A stretch of DNA of 64,000 nucleotides from a virus. Positions 26,454 through 37,415 of the stretch are shown one piece after another (position 1 is the first letter of the stretch; each line of letters opens with the position of its first letter). The notes under the pieces are model-generated. The model saw only the letters and a program-made list of their open reading frames with translations, did no database searches and had not been told where the DNA came from. The position numbers were made by a program, and so were the translations under genes. The stretch covers positions 33,024 to 97,023 of IMG/VR virus record IMGVR_UViG_3300027797_000019; one strand, 5' to 3'.

Positions 26454-29400
26454 ATGACTAACTGTAAGGTAACACCTGCGGACTTCCTTCCTATTTTAAA
26501 GAAGCTGGTGCAGGCGGACCCACAGCGATATACTAACTTTGATAATGTAGCAAAAGCAGTAATCACTAATGGTTCCCTAACCCCCTTTAATAAAGCAACC
26601 GCTATTTATTCATTTGCAGAGCTATTTCAAGCTTTGCACGGACTTGATGTTTCCTTTTATGAATTAGGAAAAGCAAACAATATTGTCGGATTAAAAAGTC
26701 TTATTGAATCAAACCCTGATAACTTTATTGATCAAGCATCTGAAATTTTTGGTGTAAAGTCTAAAGTATCCACAATCAAACCTGAAAAAATTATTGACTC
26801 AATTAAAAATCTTGAGTCATTAAAATCAATTACACAGGTACAGATTGATAATATTCTTAAAGATGTAAATGCGTTTCTATCATCAAATGATTATAAAAAT
26901 CAGGATGATAGATTGCAGGATATTAATAAGTTTATGGATTTTCTTGAGAATACTATTAAACAGCTATCTCCGGAAAATCAGACGTTTCTACTTAATAGAA
27001 CTACAGCTGCACGTACAAAGCTGATAGGCAAATCACCTTATATTCGTTTACAGAATTTGTCAGAAGACTTGCAAACTTACATTGTAAGTCTGCCAGGTTT
27101 TATAGTAGTAGAAGCTGTAAAGCAAGATGGTCAATTTATCTCTTTGAGTGGTGAAGTAATTACGGATTATCTTTTTGCGCGTCCTGCTTTACCTACACCT
27201 AGCGAAACCTTTAACAGAGGTGAAACTATTTTCTATGACGTAAACATGCGCTCTGGTCTAAGAATCAGAGATATTATTTTAGAAGGTCAGAAACCCGCAT
27301 CAGAAGTTTTGGCATCAAAATCAAAAGAAGCAGTTAATTCTGCTTTTAAAGTTTTTGCAGTTAAGGTTGGTAACATTGCAGATAATCGCATATCACGAAT
27401 ATATTCAGAAGCTTCATCAAATCCTTCATTAGCAGGTTTGGCTAATCGGACTTATGAAACTTTTGAGAATGAAGCTCAGATTCAAAAGCTTGAAAAATCT
27501 GTTGGTTTTACTGAAGTTCTTACAGTTGCTAGACCTAAACAAGATCAAGGATTTATTTTAGTGGGTGTTGTAGAAGGTACGGGTGAAACCTTTGAAATAT
27601 TTACTCTTAACAATTACAGTTTTGTTGACAATAACAACAACACAACTATTGTAGACTTCAGTAACGCTGAGCATCTTAAAAGAATACAAAACACCTCTGT
27701 AACGAATAGAAATGGTCAATACGCTAAACTGACTGATGCTGATATCAATGAGCTTAAAAAAGCTTATGAAATTTATAAGCAGTTTGAAAATCAAGTATTA
27801 CCAGAAGTAGAACTTGGTGGAGCAGTTACAGATGTAACAAATATATTCAAAAATAGTTACAACCTATTCTCCTATGGTGCAGGTTCTGGTACATCTAGTC
27901 AATCTTTAGATGACTATGTAATGAATAATCCTGAGACAGCACCGACAGTTGATGTTGTAACATTAGACGAAAGAACAGGAATAGAAACTAATCGTAAAAC
28001 CATACAAGTACCATTAGTCCTTTTTACAAATACGAATCGTTCTACTATTCAGGTTAATCCTGAAGATTTCAATATCGACTCTACTAACTGGTCTTTTGAG
28101 TCACAATTAGGTAATAAAGAAATTATTGAGTTTAATGGAAAAGCGTATAGTTCTGTATCAGAATTTGCTGTAGACTACCTCGGTAAGAATAGTCTTGGAA
28201 GATGGATTAATGCTATGAATTCCAGATCGATTCCTTATAATAAGAAATATCTATTGACAAAGACAGGATCTGGTTTAGTTACATCAAATCCTATCGCGTC
28301 TACAATGTTTAATAACGCAAAGTTTATAGGGTTATATGCAAGAATTGCTAGTCATTTTGATGTTGTAGCTGAGGCATTAGCTACAGCTGAAGGATTAAGT
28401 GATGAGCAGATTAACGATTTGAACTTTGAATTCAATACCAAACAAATTCAAATTGATCCTCGCGGTAGTGTAGCTGTAAACATTAATGTCAGAAAGAGTA
28501 ACGAGAATAAACCTATTCTGGTGTTTACTCTTAAACCTATGCAAAGAGTATACGGTGGTCTAATAAAGCCAATTAGTATTGAGTTTCCAATTGATACGAT
28601 TAAAGATGACATTAAAAGATTTAAGTCTAACAGTGTACTTGAAAAACTAAAAGGAAAGTACACATCTTTAAATATTCACGATTTAAGCACACCAGAAGGT
28701 ATTATCGATTTATACGCTGATTTAGCTAAACTTCAGGAAAGACATCCCGAAGACGCCGAACTTAAAAATTATAATTTACGAGTTACTCAAAGTGTACAGC
28801 GTATTACTAAGAGTATCGTAGATTCAATGGTTGGTACATTTGAAGATGTAATTAATGCAGGTTCAGATGAACTTAAATCTGCGTATGAAAAAAGTGGTTT
28901 AAAAAAGAACCCATTTTTGATTATTGCTCAAACTACACCTGGTTTACCGGGTGAAGGACCTATTTATTCATTACGTGTCAATGATGTCAAAGTTGGAAAA
29001 TTCAATACAAAATTCTATCAAGTTCTTACAGCTAAACCAAGTAAAGTCGCTTTTGAAGCAGCTTACCAAAACTCTACGTCGACTAAAATATCATCTACAA
29101 AAGAGTCAGGGATTGGGTCAACAAACACTCAAGCTAATCCTGCGATACAGAACAATGGGTTAGATATTCCAGTTGAAGACAGCATTCTTTCTGTTGAAGA
29201 AGACTTTTCTGATAATTATACTGAACCGTTTAGCGAAGAACGATTACAATCTGAAAAAGCATGGTTACAAGAAAATCTTAAGTCTGCTAAGCTAGAAGAA
29301 AAAGATTTGTCTGAACTTCTAGAAATAGTAGAAGCAAACGGAACCATATTGGGTATGTATAAGGATAGCGTGATCTATCTAAATAAGACTATCAAATCTG

Positions 29401-32400
29401 GTGGTACTATTTATCACGAAGCTTTTCACCATGTTTTCAGAAAGTTGATGACTTCAAAAGAACGTTCTAGACTATTCAAAGAAGTTAAAGCAAATACTAA
29501 AAACAGTAAATATTTTACAGACGAATACCGTAAATCATTTGCTCAACGTAGAAAGTTAACTGGTAGCAAGGAAAGAATCGACAACCTTATTGCTGAAGAA
29601 ATTTTAGCAGAAGGGTTTAAGTCATATATGACAAAAACTAAAGCTTCAAAACCTGTGGGTTTGCTTGCTAAATTATTTAGCTTACTTAAAGATATTATTG
29701 CATTCTTTACTAAGAATGCTAGTACTATCGATAAGGTTTATGGTAGAATTGCTACAGGATATTATAAAAATGCATCTGTTATTAGTAACTATGAAACAGG
29801 TTCGGTAGCTTTTGAACTAGCCCCTACTCGACATAGAATTGTTCAAAAAGAAGACGGTACTGTTAAAAGGGTATCTAGCTTCCTTCCTGTAGAAGATCAA
29901 AAGCAATTAGCATATAGACTTGCATACGAGATCATGAATTTTGATCCTCGTGAATTTGCCGAAATCAATCCTGATATAAAGTTAACACTAAGAGATAAGT
30001 TCGACTTGCAGAGAAAACTTCTTGCAATGTCTGACTTTAACATTGAAAGTTGGATTGCAACAAATCCTGGTAAGAATAGTGTTATTCAGGAAAACTGGAG
30101 ATCAAGACTTGAAGACATGCGTGCTATTTTAGCACATGGTGTGTTGCAATTTAATATAGATGGTCAAATGATGGCTTTTCTTCCAAAAGCCGAAAACATG
30201 ACTGGTAATCCATCTTATGACAATATTGATGATTCAGGTGTATCTCAAGTTTATGACAAATCAGTTGACGTACTTTTTGATCAAGTCAAGAGTATTTTAA
30301 AACACATAAACTTTGGGTCTGCGGTTGCGCATAAAGAGCAAGAAGATATTGTAGAGCAGGATATAATCAATCAGGATGATTTTGATATTTCTGAAGATGA
30401 ATTAGGATCTGCTTCTGATTTGGACTCATCTTTCTTTAATATTAATCCACTTGAAGGATTACCTAGAGAAATGAGAAGATTTTTGTCTTTGGTTAAATAT
30501 GAAACTGAAGATGAGAATGGTGTCAAGTATAGTAGAATGGTTGATGGTTCTAACATCTTCAATTTATTGATGAAGATTACCGCTAATGCTATGCCGGAAG
30601 AAATTATTCCTAGAATTGCATTGGCTGGTGAGCAATACCGCTATGATGAAAATATTGAAGAAGCTCGTTCTTTAGAAGCAGTATTTAATGTTCTTCAAAA
30701 GAATATTAGGTTTAATGAAAGCTTTGAACCTATTGGTGGAGATTTACTTCTATACTCTCAAGTAATTGATACATTCCACAATGCTGAAATGGATTCATTA
30801 CTTACCAAGCTTAACACTAAAGAAGAATATGATGATCAGAATCAGCTTATTTCATCTCAAACAAGCACATCGCAGGTAGAAAAACTTACTCGTGCAGACG
30901 TTCAATCTAAAATGGATGGATTAGAATCCAAGCTTAAATCTACTAATACAAAATCTGCATCGACAGAAGAATATAAACAAGCTGCTGAAACACTATCTAA
31001 TCTTGCGCTTTCTATTTATCAAAATACGGGTAGAATAACAGATCTTATTGTTTCTAACCAAGAGGTTAAAATTGAATCTTTAGTAGATTCATTATACAAG
31101 AACATGCAGATTCTGGGTATAAACATTCCTAAATCTCTACTTAGATTTTCATTGCTATCAATTGATGTAAAAGAAAATGGAGTACTTCCAAGACAAGAGG
31201 AGAACGTATTTAGACATTACTATGCATTTGAAAGTTTTGCGCATAGTGATGAATACCTACCTAAAAACTTCTTTAAGAATCTCAGTGACATGGCAAAAAA
31301 CATGTCAAAGGGTGTACGTTTCAATACAATCCAGGGACAAAAACTTGATATTTTAAGTAGTTCAAGAACATCAGGTAATGATGGATTTTATGCTTCATTG
31401 CGTAGAGCTATGAAGTATGTGCTTAAAATGGACCCTAAAGAACTACCATCTGTGGTGACAAATGCAGAAGGTAAACCAGTTTACAGATATGTTAAATACA
31501 CTCCTGCTGTATTGTTGCTTCAGGAAATAAAAAACAAAGGTCTTGAAGAAGCTCTGGCATCTAGTATTTACTATAGCGAATACCTCAAACCATGGTTTGA
31601 AGATAACATCTTTGTTGCATCTGCACTGAAAGATAGCGCTGAAGGAGATAAGAAAACTGTAGAGAGAAGACTTGCTTTAAAGACATTTTTTGAAAATCTA
31701 TCAGTAAGTGTCAACGCAGGACTTGAACAAACAGTCAATGGTCAAAGAGTTAGATCTGCAAACTATAAAGGTCTAAATGCTAGATCACAGTATTTACAGG
31801 AGTTAATGAATTTCTCTCAACGTTCAGTATTAAAGTCTGAACATCAGATGTTAACAGCAAACGATGAAAGAGTTTCTTTGACTGGAGAGGTTACAGTATT
31901 TAATCGCAACCTTACTCAGCTTGAAGCTTCGCAAACTAACTTTCTGATAAATGCAATGTATATAAACTTTGCACCAAAGATTGTGGCAGGGAAAGTAGCA
32001 TTCGAGAATACCCCTGTGCAATATCTGCGGGTAGCAGTACAGCAAGAATTTAATCGTATACAAAGAGAATGGTCTGCCAGATCTTTGCGTGATAGTTTAT
32101 ACGAGCAGGGTAATAACACATATCTTAATAATTTTAATGCTAAGAAGACACCTACAGGTGAAATCATTACCGATGATACATCTTTGGCGCAGTCTAAGAA
32201 ATTAAGAGCTTATCAATTTAATAACCTAGATGATTTCTTTGTTACTGGTAAATCTGTTTCTGAGTTTGAAGAAGGTACTGTTCAATTTGAAAGAGCAACA
32301 CTAAGAGATGAACTTATAGAAATAGCAAAAAGAGACGGTGAAGACAAGATTGATTTCAAAAATCTAGATTCAGATTTGAAATCAAGACTTGATAAACAAC

Positions 32401-35400
32401 TTTCATTATACGCTGAAGAATCATTTAAAAAGTATGTAGATAACCTTGTTCTTAACGATATCATTAAAAGAGATGATAGAGGTGTAATTAACTTAAAAGG
32501 TGGTTCAAGACCTAGAGAGATTAGAAATGGTGTAATTAATAACCTAGATGCTAATCAGACAAAAGGAAGTGCACGTGGTACTGCTTTTCAATCTGTTTAT
32601 TTTAGTAATAAAGACCTCGGTATTAATGGTGATGAGCAATTTTTAAGAGACTACTATTTTAACTATTTGATTAACGGTTTGTTTGTTAATCAAATTATTG
32701 ATGGTGACAGAGCAATGGGTATTAAAAACACCATTGATTATTTTAAACGTAACAAGTCTCTACTTGCTGCGGGTAGTACAATGAAAAGAGGATGGTATAA
32801 TGTCGCACATGTTGACGACATTATGCTTTTGCTGAACAGAAACAATATTCTTGCTGGACAATACGATAGTATTGATGATATTGAAGACGACACAATTCGT
32901 TCAGAGTTCCAAGCTTTAGTTGGTGAAGATGGTGTTATCAAAGAAGAGAATGGCAAGGAAAAAGTATTTGACGGTCAGTCTCTTACTCTTTTGATGCATC
33001 GTATTGACTTTTATCAAGAAACAGGTAGATTACCTGAAAAGGCGAGAAACCTTTTGATTGAATCTAACTATCGCAGACTTACAAACAAAGAGATATCTTA
33101 TTTAGAGGATAACAGAATTGTTCTTAACTCTTTTAAAACTGTACATGCAGGACGTGAAAATTATTTCAAACAGTCTGAGCATATCATTAATCGTAATGAT
33201 GTTAGTGTTCTTAATATAACAAATGAGCAAGATCAAGCTATTTTAGAAAATGCATATCGTACAATCTACGACTTGCGTCAAAAAGCCAGATTAATTGAAC
33301 CGGGTAATACAGAACATGAATTAATACAAAACCAAATAAAAGATTTGTATTCAACTATTCATGGTTTTTGGTTACCTCGTCCACACAGACAGAAGCTGCA
33401 TGATCTTTTAAATGCTATGGAATATCATCAGATAGATATGCTGATGGATACTACTGCATCTAAAAAAGTTACAAGCTTGCCTGTTAGCATGGATGAAAGA
33501 GATGGTAATTACATTTCACTTAATAGAAGTAGTTACCGAGTTGACGCAAGATTTAAGTTTAATCAAGTTGAAACTAGCGGAGTATCCGATGAATCTAAAG
33601 CATCTGTTCAAGCTAAGATTTTGCTTCCTGCAGATATTCAGAATACTATTGATAGAATGCTTGCAGAATCAGCTCCTGAAGACCGTGAGCGTGTAACATC
33701 TGAGACACAACAACTTGCAAATATCTTATCTAGATATAACACCACTTTAGCTCGTTCTACAAATTCACGATTGCAGTTTATGTTGAAAGCTCTTAGAGAT
33801 GAGAATGGGAACATAAATATTGGAGAGCTTGTAGATACAATTAGAGAAGCTTTGGTTGATCAGGGGGCTGATAGTAATATGCTAAAGTTTTTTGAAACTC
33901 AGGATGGTAAACCTAAATTTAATGTCAACCTACCTGTAATACGTAAAACATTCCAGTATTATTTCTTCAGTCATTACAGCAATAAAGTATTTGACGAAAA
34001 AGTAAAAGGCGGGAAATATTTCCATGCCACATCGTTTGGATATAAACTATTATACGACAAGCAAACTGGTCGTGTTATTGATTCTGTTGAGCAAGGAATG
34101 GTTGAAAGCGCGGGTCAGTATGAGCAATATTTAGATAGCGACAGATTTGGTACACGATATCCTGGGATATCTACAGAAGTAGATGCTGAAGGAAATACTA
34201 CATACTTTGTAGAAGTAATTGTACCAATGCCTGAATTTAAGTCTTTTGAAGAGTATCAACTCTTTAAAGATAAAATGACTAAAGCATTTGCTACCCGTAT
34301 TCCTACAGAAGATAAGCGATCAATGATAGCTTTCAAGATAGTAGATTTTATTGATGCTTCTTATAAGAATACAATTATTGCACCTCAACTAGTACACTTA
34401 CTTGCAGGTTCTGACTTAGATATTGACTCTTTGTATGCACATGGATATGCGTCTTATGAAGATGCTGTTGGTAAAAAGCATGTATATGGTGACTATAGCG
34501 GTTACGATGGTGTAAGTCGAAATGATGCTCAATTTCTAGAACTCATTAATTCTGTTGGAAGTAATAGCGTATTCCGTTATGAGATTAAAAAAGCTCACCG
34601 CGAATTGATGCAGGAGTTTTATGAAGCTCGGAAGGATAATGAAATTGCTTACGATGAAGATACTGATAGAGTAATGCAACTTATGGGTCTTCCTACTATG
34701 CCTGAATTAGCAGAATTGTGGGGTGCTGAAAATATACAAGAGGAAGTATTCAAAGAATACATGACTGTAAGAAACACCAATGAAGCAAATGAAGAACAAG
34801 CAAATTGGAAACTTCAGGGTGAACTTTCAACAAAACTACGTGCCGCAAAAGGAAGAACAGATTTACTAGAGTCTCAATTTAGCGAGCTTGATAAGAAAGC
34901 ATATGTTAAATTGTATAATTACATTAATGCTGTACAGCTTGTTCTTGCAACTAACGGCTTACCATACACTACTGAACAATTTAGAGAAAATCCACAAATA
35001 ACGGTAGAGACCTATCAGAATCAAAACCTGGATGCAAAGCTTGGTATTATCAGTAATAAGATTGTATTCGACAGCTTGTATTCAGAAGAAAGATCAGACC
35101 CAAGTATGTTTAAAGACTTGGCAATCAATATATTAGGTCTTTCTCCAGAAGCTATAGCTGCAAAATACAACGCCTTTAGTATTGACGGTGTTATAAATGT
35201 AAACAGACTAAATGCTGTAAACAAAGACGGTATTGGTATTACTGCAAATTTTAATAAGTTTCTTGCTTTGGTTGGCGCTAATAAGCTAGTTCTTAAACCT
35301 GAGGAAAGAATTTGGTTTTTAACAGATAACTCTGGAAACAGCAAATTCTATGATTCTTTTGGTGGTAATGAATCTTATCGCTCTATACAACTTGTAGGTA

Positions 35401-37406
35401 ATGCTCTAGGCATGTTCGCTGATGGTGCAAAAGATCCTATCCCAGCTTTATTGCAACTTAATGATGTGAACTTAAATGTCACTCTGGCAATGATTGGTTT
35501 AGGATTACCTATAGAAATGGCTGTGTTTACAAACATGTTACCTGAAATTATTGATGCAGCTGATTCTGTAAAAGATTCAGAAATAAATGGAACATATATT
35601 AAAATGTTCTATAAAGAAGTAAATACTCAGAAGAGAAAACTTCTCACAGATCAGGTCTCAAAGGATTTGTCAGCTGCTAAAATACTTAGCGCATCTCGTA
35701 GAAACTTGATTTATGGTAATGTGTCAGTTAAGTTTACACCACCTACTCAGATTGATAATAGTCGTTTGGATGCTAAACTCTTGACACCCGCTGAACTTGG
35801 GTATACCATTACAGCAAAGTCTGGTGAACCTTTGAGCTTAGAAGCGCAGAAGTATATTCTTCTTGATATGTACTCTAGACAAGCCGCACAATCTTTTGGT
35901 ATTATGGATGCCGGTAGAATTGTAAACCTGTTTAAGAGAATTAAGCCAAGTGCCGCAATGCTTGATAGATTTAGTAAATCTATTAGCAGACTTAAGAATA
36001 ACAGTGGAATATTCCAGAATAGCTCTGAGCTGTTTAAAGGAGAATCTGTGTGGAATCCATTAGCCGCTGCTGTATCGGATATGAATACCCAGCTTTCTAG
36101 AGTAATGTTGTCAAGAAGTAATCCATTGACGTCTTTACGTAATCTGTTTGGAAATATATTCCAAGAGCAAGAAGAAATGGCGGATGTAATTATCGGAACG
36201 CTTATTCTTGATAAAATGAGAGTTGAAGCGGAAAATCCTGGTATAAATAATGATGATCAGTTCTTAAAAAATACTCTCAAAGAAATGTTCAGACCAGAGT
36301 TTTGGTTTGGCAGTGTTTCAGATACATCTAAGTTTACAACTTTAGAAGAAGATTTAGAATATTTGAATGACCAGTATTCTTCTAACCCATTTGTAAGAAG
36401 TATCAGTATTCGTTCAAAAGAAGATGCAGGTGCCGCAAGGTCTTACTACATTTTACAAATGAATACAAAAGCTAAACTTGTACCTGAACTTAAAGAAGAG
36501 ATTATTGACGGTTTTAATGCTTTATTAAAGAGCGTTGATCCTCGTGCCAGAAAGATTGCTGTTAAACTATTCTTCCATGAGATTATTAGAAATGGTATGG
36601 GTAGAAAAGCAAGTAATTTTGCACAATACATTAATACTGATTTGTATAAGAATCTTAATGCTTATACAGAAGAACTTATATCTGCAATATCTAGTAAGAG
36701 TAAATTTGAGCAGTTTTTCAACGGAAAGCGACAAATTAAAGATGTCATGTTCCAGTTATATGTGAAAATGCTTGACGCTGCTGCCACAAGTAAAAATTCT
36801 AAGATACCTACTGTAAATGCAGTATTTATCCAGGATATCGAAATGGCAAAAAAAATATTTGGGGTTGAGTCTATAAAAGCTAATAAAAAAGGTTTTGCTT
36901 ATTCTGACAATATCATTAAAGATCTTGGGTCTGGTAAATATGTTATTTCCCTAGATATGAGATCTTATGAAGGTGAGAATAGAAATCTGATGAATGCTCA
37001 AGTTGCTCCTCTTGGTGTACGAATGGAGGATATGATTACAAATAGATACGAGTTTCCAGCAATGATTAAAAATGCGAATTCAGGTGAAATATTTGTACTT
37101 ACTAAACTCAGAACATCTGAGAAAAGTGAAATGACTACTATGTCTGAATTATTGAGTCAAAGTATCGAAAGTGCTGGAGCTGTTTTGGGTGTTCAAGCTG
37201 AATATCAATTATATCAACCAACAGTTATTGATGGTATTAGCTTAGCAGGATTTTCTAGAAAAGAGATTAATGATTTTATTTCATATGCAAGTGATCCTAA
37301 TAAGAGCTTACCTGAAAGCGTAACACCCCAAGTGTCTGACTTAGACATTGCGTCTAAAGAATTGACAGACAAAACAAACAATGGTGAAATAGAAACTAAA
37401 TGCTAA
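26454..37406 (+). CDS. Virion-packaged single-chain DNA-dependent RNA polymerase (crAss/phi14:2 gp66-like) with zincin domain
   Basis: TRIPTEDKRS followed by AGSDLDIDSL (DxDxD at 34413-34427); HEAFHH...EEILAE zincin at 29415; 3650 aa. Confidence 0.85.
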   Translation: MTNCKVTPADFLPILKKLVQADPQRYTNFDNVAKAVITNGSLTPFNKATAIYSFAELFQALHGLDVSFYELGKANNIVGLKSLIESNPDNFIDQASEIFGVKSKVSTIKPEKIIDSIKNLESLKSITQVQIDNILKDVNAFLSSNDYKNQDDRLQDINKFMDFLENTIKQLSPENQTFLLNRTTAARTKLIGKSPYIRLQNLSEDLQTYIVSLPGFIVVEAVKQDGQFISLSGEVITDYLFARPALPTPSETFNRGETIFYDVNMRSGLRIRDIILEGQKPASEVLASKSKEAVNSAFKVFAVKVGNIADNRISRIYSEASSNPSLAGLANRTYETFENEAQIQKLEKSVGFTEVLTVARPKQDQGFILVGVVEGTGETFEIFTLNNYSFVDNNNNTTIVDFSNAEHLKRIQNTSVTNRNGQYAKLTDADINELKKAYEIYKQFENQVLPEVELGGAVTDVTNIFKNSYNLFSYGAGSGTSSQSLDDYVMNNPETAPTVDVVTLDERTGIETNRKTIQVPLVLFTNTNRSTIQVNPEDFNIDSTNWSFESQLGNKEIIEFNGKAYSSVSEFAVDYLGKNSLGRWINAMNSRSIPYNKKYLLTKTGSGLVTSNPIASTMFNNAKFIGLYARIASHFDVVAEALATAEGLSDEQINDLNFEFNTKQIQIDPRGSVAVNINVRKSNENKPILVFTLKPMQRVYGGLIKPISIEFPIDTIKDDIKRFKSNSVLEKLKGKYTSLNIHDLSTPEGIIDLYADLAKLQERHPEDAELKNYNLRVTQSVQRITKSIVDSMVGTFEDVINAGSDELKSAYEKSGLKKNPFLIIAQTTPGLPGEGPIYSLRVNDVKVGKFNTKFYQVLTAKPSKVAFEAAYQNSTSTKISSTKESGIGSTNTQANPAIQNNGLDIPVEDSILSVEEDFSDNYTEPFSEERLQSEKAWLQENLKSAKLEEKDLSELLEIVEANGTILGMYKDSVIYLNKTIKSGGTIYHEAFHHVFRKLMTSKERSRLFKEVKANTKNSKYFTDEYRKSFAQRRKLTGSKERIDNLIAEEILAEGFKSYMTKTKASKPVGLLAKLFSLLKDIIAFFTKNASTIDKVYGRIATGYYKNASVISNYETGSVAFELAPTRHRIVQKEDGTVKRVSSFLPVEDQKQLAYRLAYEIMNFDPREFAEINPDIKLTLRDKFDLQRKLLAMSDFNIESWIATNPGKNSVIQENWRSRLEDMRAILAHGVLQFNIDGQMMAFLPKAENMTGNPSYDNIDDSGVSQVYDKSVDVLFDQVKSILKHINFGSAVAHKEQEDIVEQDIINQDDFDISEDELGSASDLDSSFFNINPLEGLPREMRRFLSLVKYETEDENGVKYSRMVDGSNIFNLLMKITANAMPEEIIPRIALAGEQYRYDENIEEARSLEAVFNVLQKNIRFNESFEPIGGDLLLYSQVIDTFHNAEMDSLLTKLNTKEEYDDQNQLISSQTSTSQVEKLTRADVQSKMDGLESKLKSTNTKSASTEEYKQAAETLSNLALSIYQNTGRITDLIVSNQEVKIESLVDSLYKNMQILGINIPKSLLRFSLLSIDVKENGVLPRQEENVFRHYYAFESFAHSDEYLPKNFFKNLSDMAKNMSKGVRFNTIQGQKLDILSSSRTSGNDGFYASLRRAMKYVLKMDPKELPSVVTNAEGKPVYRYVKYTPAVLLLQEIKNKGLEEALASSIYYSEYLKPWFEDNIFVASALKDSAEGDKKTVERRLALKTFFENLSVSVNAGLEQTVNGQRVRSANYKGLNARSQYLQELMNFSQRSVLKSEHQMLTANDERVSLTGEVTVFNRNLTQLEASQTNFLINAMYINFAPKIVAGKVAFENTPVQYLRVAVQQEFNRIQREWSARSLRDSLYEQGNNTYLNNFNAKKTPTGEIITDDTSLAQSKKLRAYQFNNLDDFFVTGKSVSEFEEGTVQFERATLRDELIEIAKRDGEDKIDFKNLDSDLKSRLDKQLSLYAEESFKKYVDNLVLNDIIKRDDRGVINLKGGSRPREIRNGVINNLDANQTKGSARGTAFQSVYFSNKDLGINGDEQFLRDYYFNYLINGLFVNQIIDGDRAMGIKNTIDYFKRNKSLLAAGSTMKRGWYNVAHVDDIMLLLNRNNILAGQYDSIDDIEDDTIRSEFQALVGEDGVIKEENGKEKVFDGQSLTLLMHRIDFYQETGRLPEKARNLLIESNYRRLTNKEISYLEDNRIVLNSFKTVHAGRENYFKQSEHIINRNDVSVLNITNEQDQAILENAYRTIYDLRQKARLIEPGNTEHELIQNQIKDLYSTIHGFWLPRPHRQKLHDLLNAMEYHQIDMLMDTTASKKVTSLPVSMDERDGNYISLNRSSYRVDARFKFNQVETSGVSDESKASVQAKILLPADIQNTIDRMLAESAPEDRERVTSETQQLANILSRYNTTLARSTNSRLQFMLKALRDENGNINIGELVDTIREALVDQGADSNMLKFFETQDGKPKFNVNLPVIRKTFQYYFFSHYSNKVFDEKVKGGKYFHATSFGYKLLYDKQTGRVIDSVEQGMVESAGQYEQYLDSDRFGTRYPGISTEVDAEGNTTYFVEVIVPMPEFKSFEEYQLFKDKMTKAFATRIPTEDKRSMIAFKIVDFIDASYKNTIIAPQLVHLLAGSDLDIDSLYAHGYASYEDAVGKKHVYGDYSGYDGVSRNDAQFLELINSVGSNSVFRYEIKKAHRELMQEFYEARKDNEIAYDEDTDRVMQLMGLPTMPELAELWGAENIQEEVFKEYMTVRNTNEANEEQANWKLQGELSTKLRAAKGRTDLLESQFSELDKKAYVKLYNYINAVQLVLATNGLPYTTEQFRENPQITVETYQNQNLDAKLGIISNKIVFDSLYSEERSDPSMFKDLAINILGLSPEAIAAKYNAFSIDGVINVNRLNAVNKDGIGITANFNKFLALVGANKLVLKPEERIWFLTDNSGNSKFYDSFGGNESYRSIQLVGNALGMFADGAKDPIPALLQLNDVNLNVTLAMIGLGLPIEMAVFTNMLPEIIDAADSVKDSEINGTYIKMFYKEVNTQKRKLLTDQVSKDLSAAKILSASRRNLIYGNVSVKFTPPTQIDNSRLDAKLLTPAELGYTITAKSGEPLSLEAQKYILLDMYSRQAAQSFGIMDAGRIVNLFKRIKPSAAMLDRFSKSISRLKNNSGIFQNSSELFKGESVWNPLAAAVSDMNTQLSRVMLSRSNPLTSLRNLFGNIFQEQEEMADVIIGTLILDKMRVEAENPGINNDDQFLKNTLKEMFRPEFWFGSVSDTSKFTTLEEDLEYLNDQYSSNPFVRSISIRSKEDAGAARSYYILQMNTKAKLVPELKEEIIDGFNALLKSVDPRARKIAVKLFFHEIIRNGMGRKASNFAQYINTDLYKNLNAYTEELISAISSKSKFEQFFNGKRQIKDVMFQLYVKMLDAAATSKNSKIPTVNAVFIQDIEMAKKIFGVESIKANKKGFAYSDNIIKDLGSGKYVISLDMRSYEGENRNLMNAQVAPLGVRMEDMITNRYEFPAMIKNANSGEIFVLTKLRTSEKSEMTTMSELLSQSIESAGAVLGVQAEYQLYQPTVIDGISLAGFSRKEINDFISYASDPNKSLPESVTPQVSDLDIASKELTDKTNNGEIETKC

Positions 37407-37415
37407 TGCTATCCT

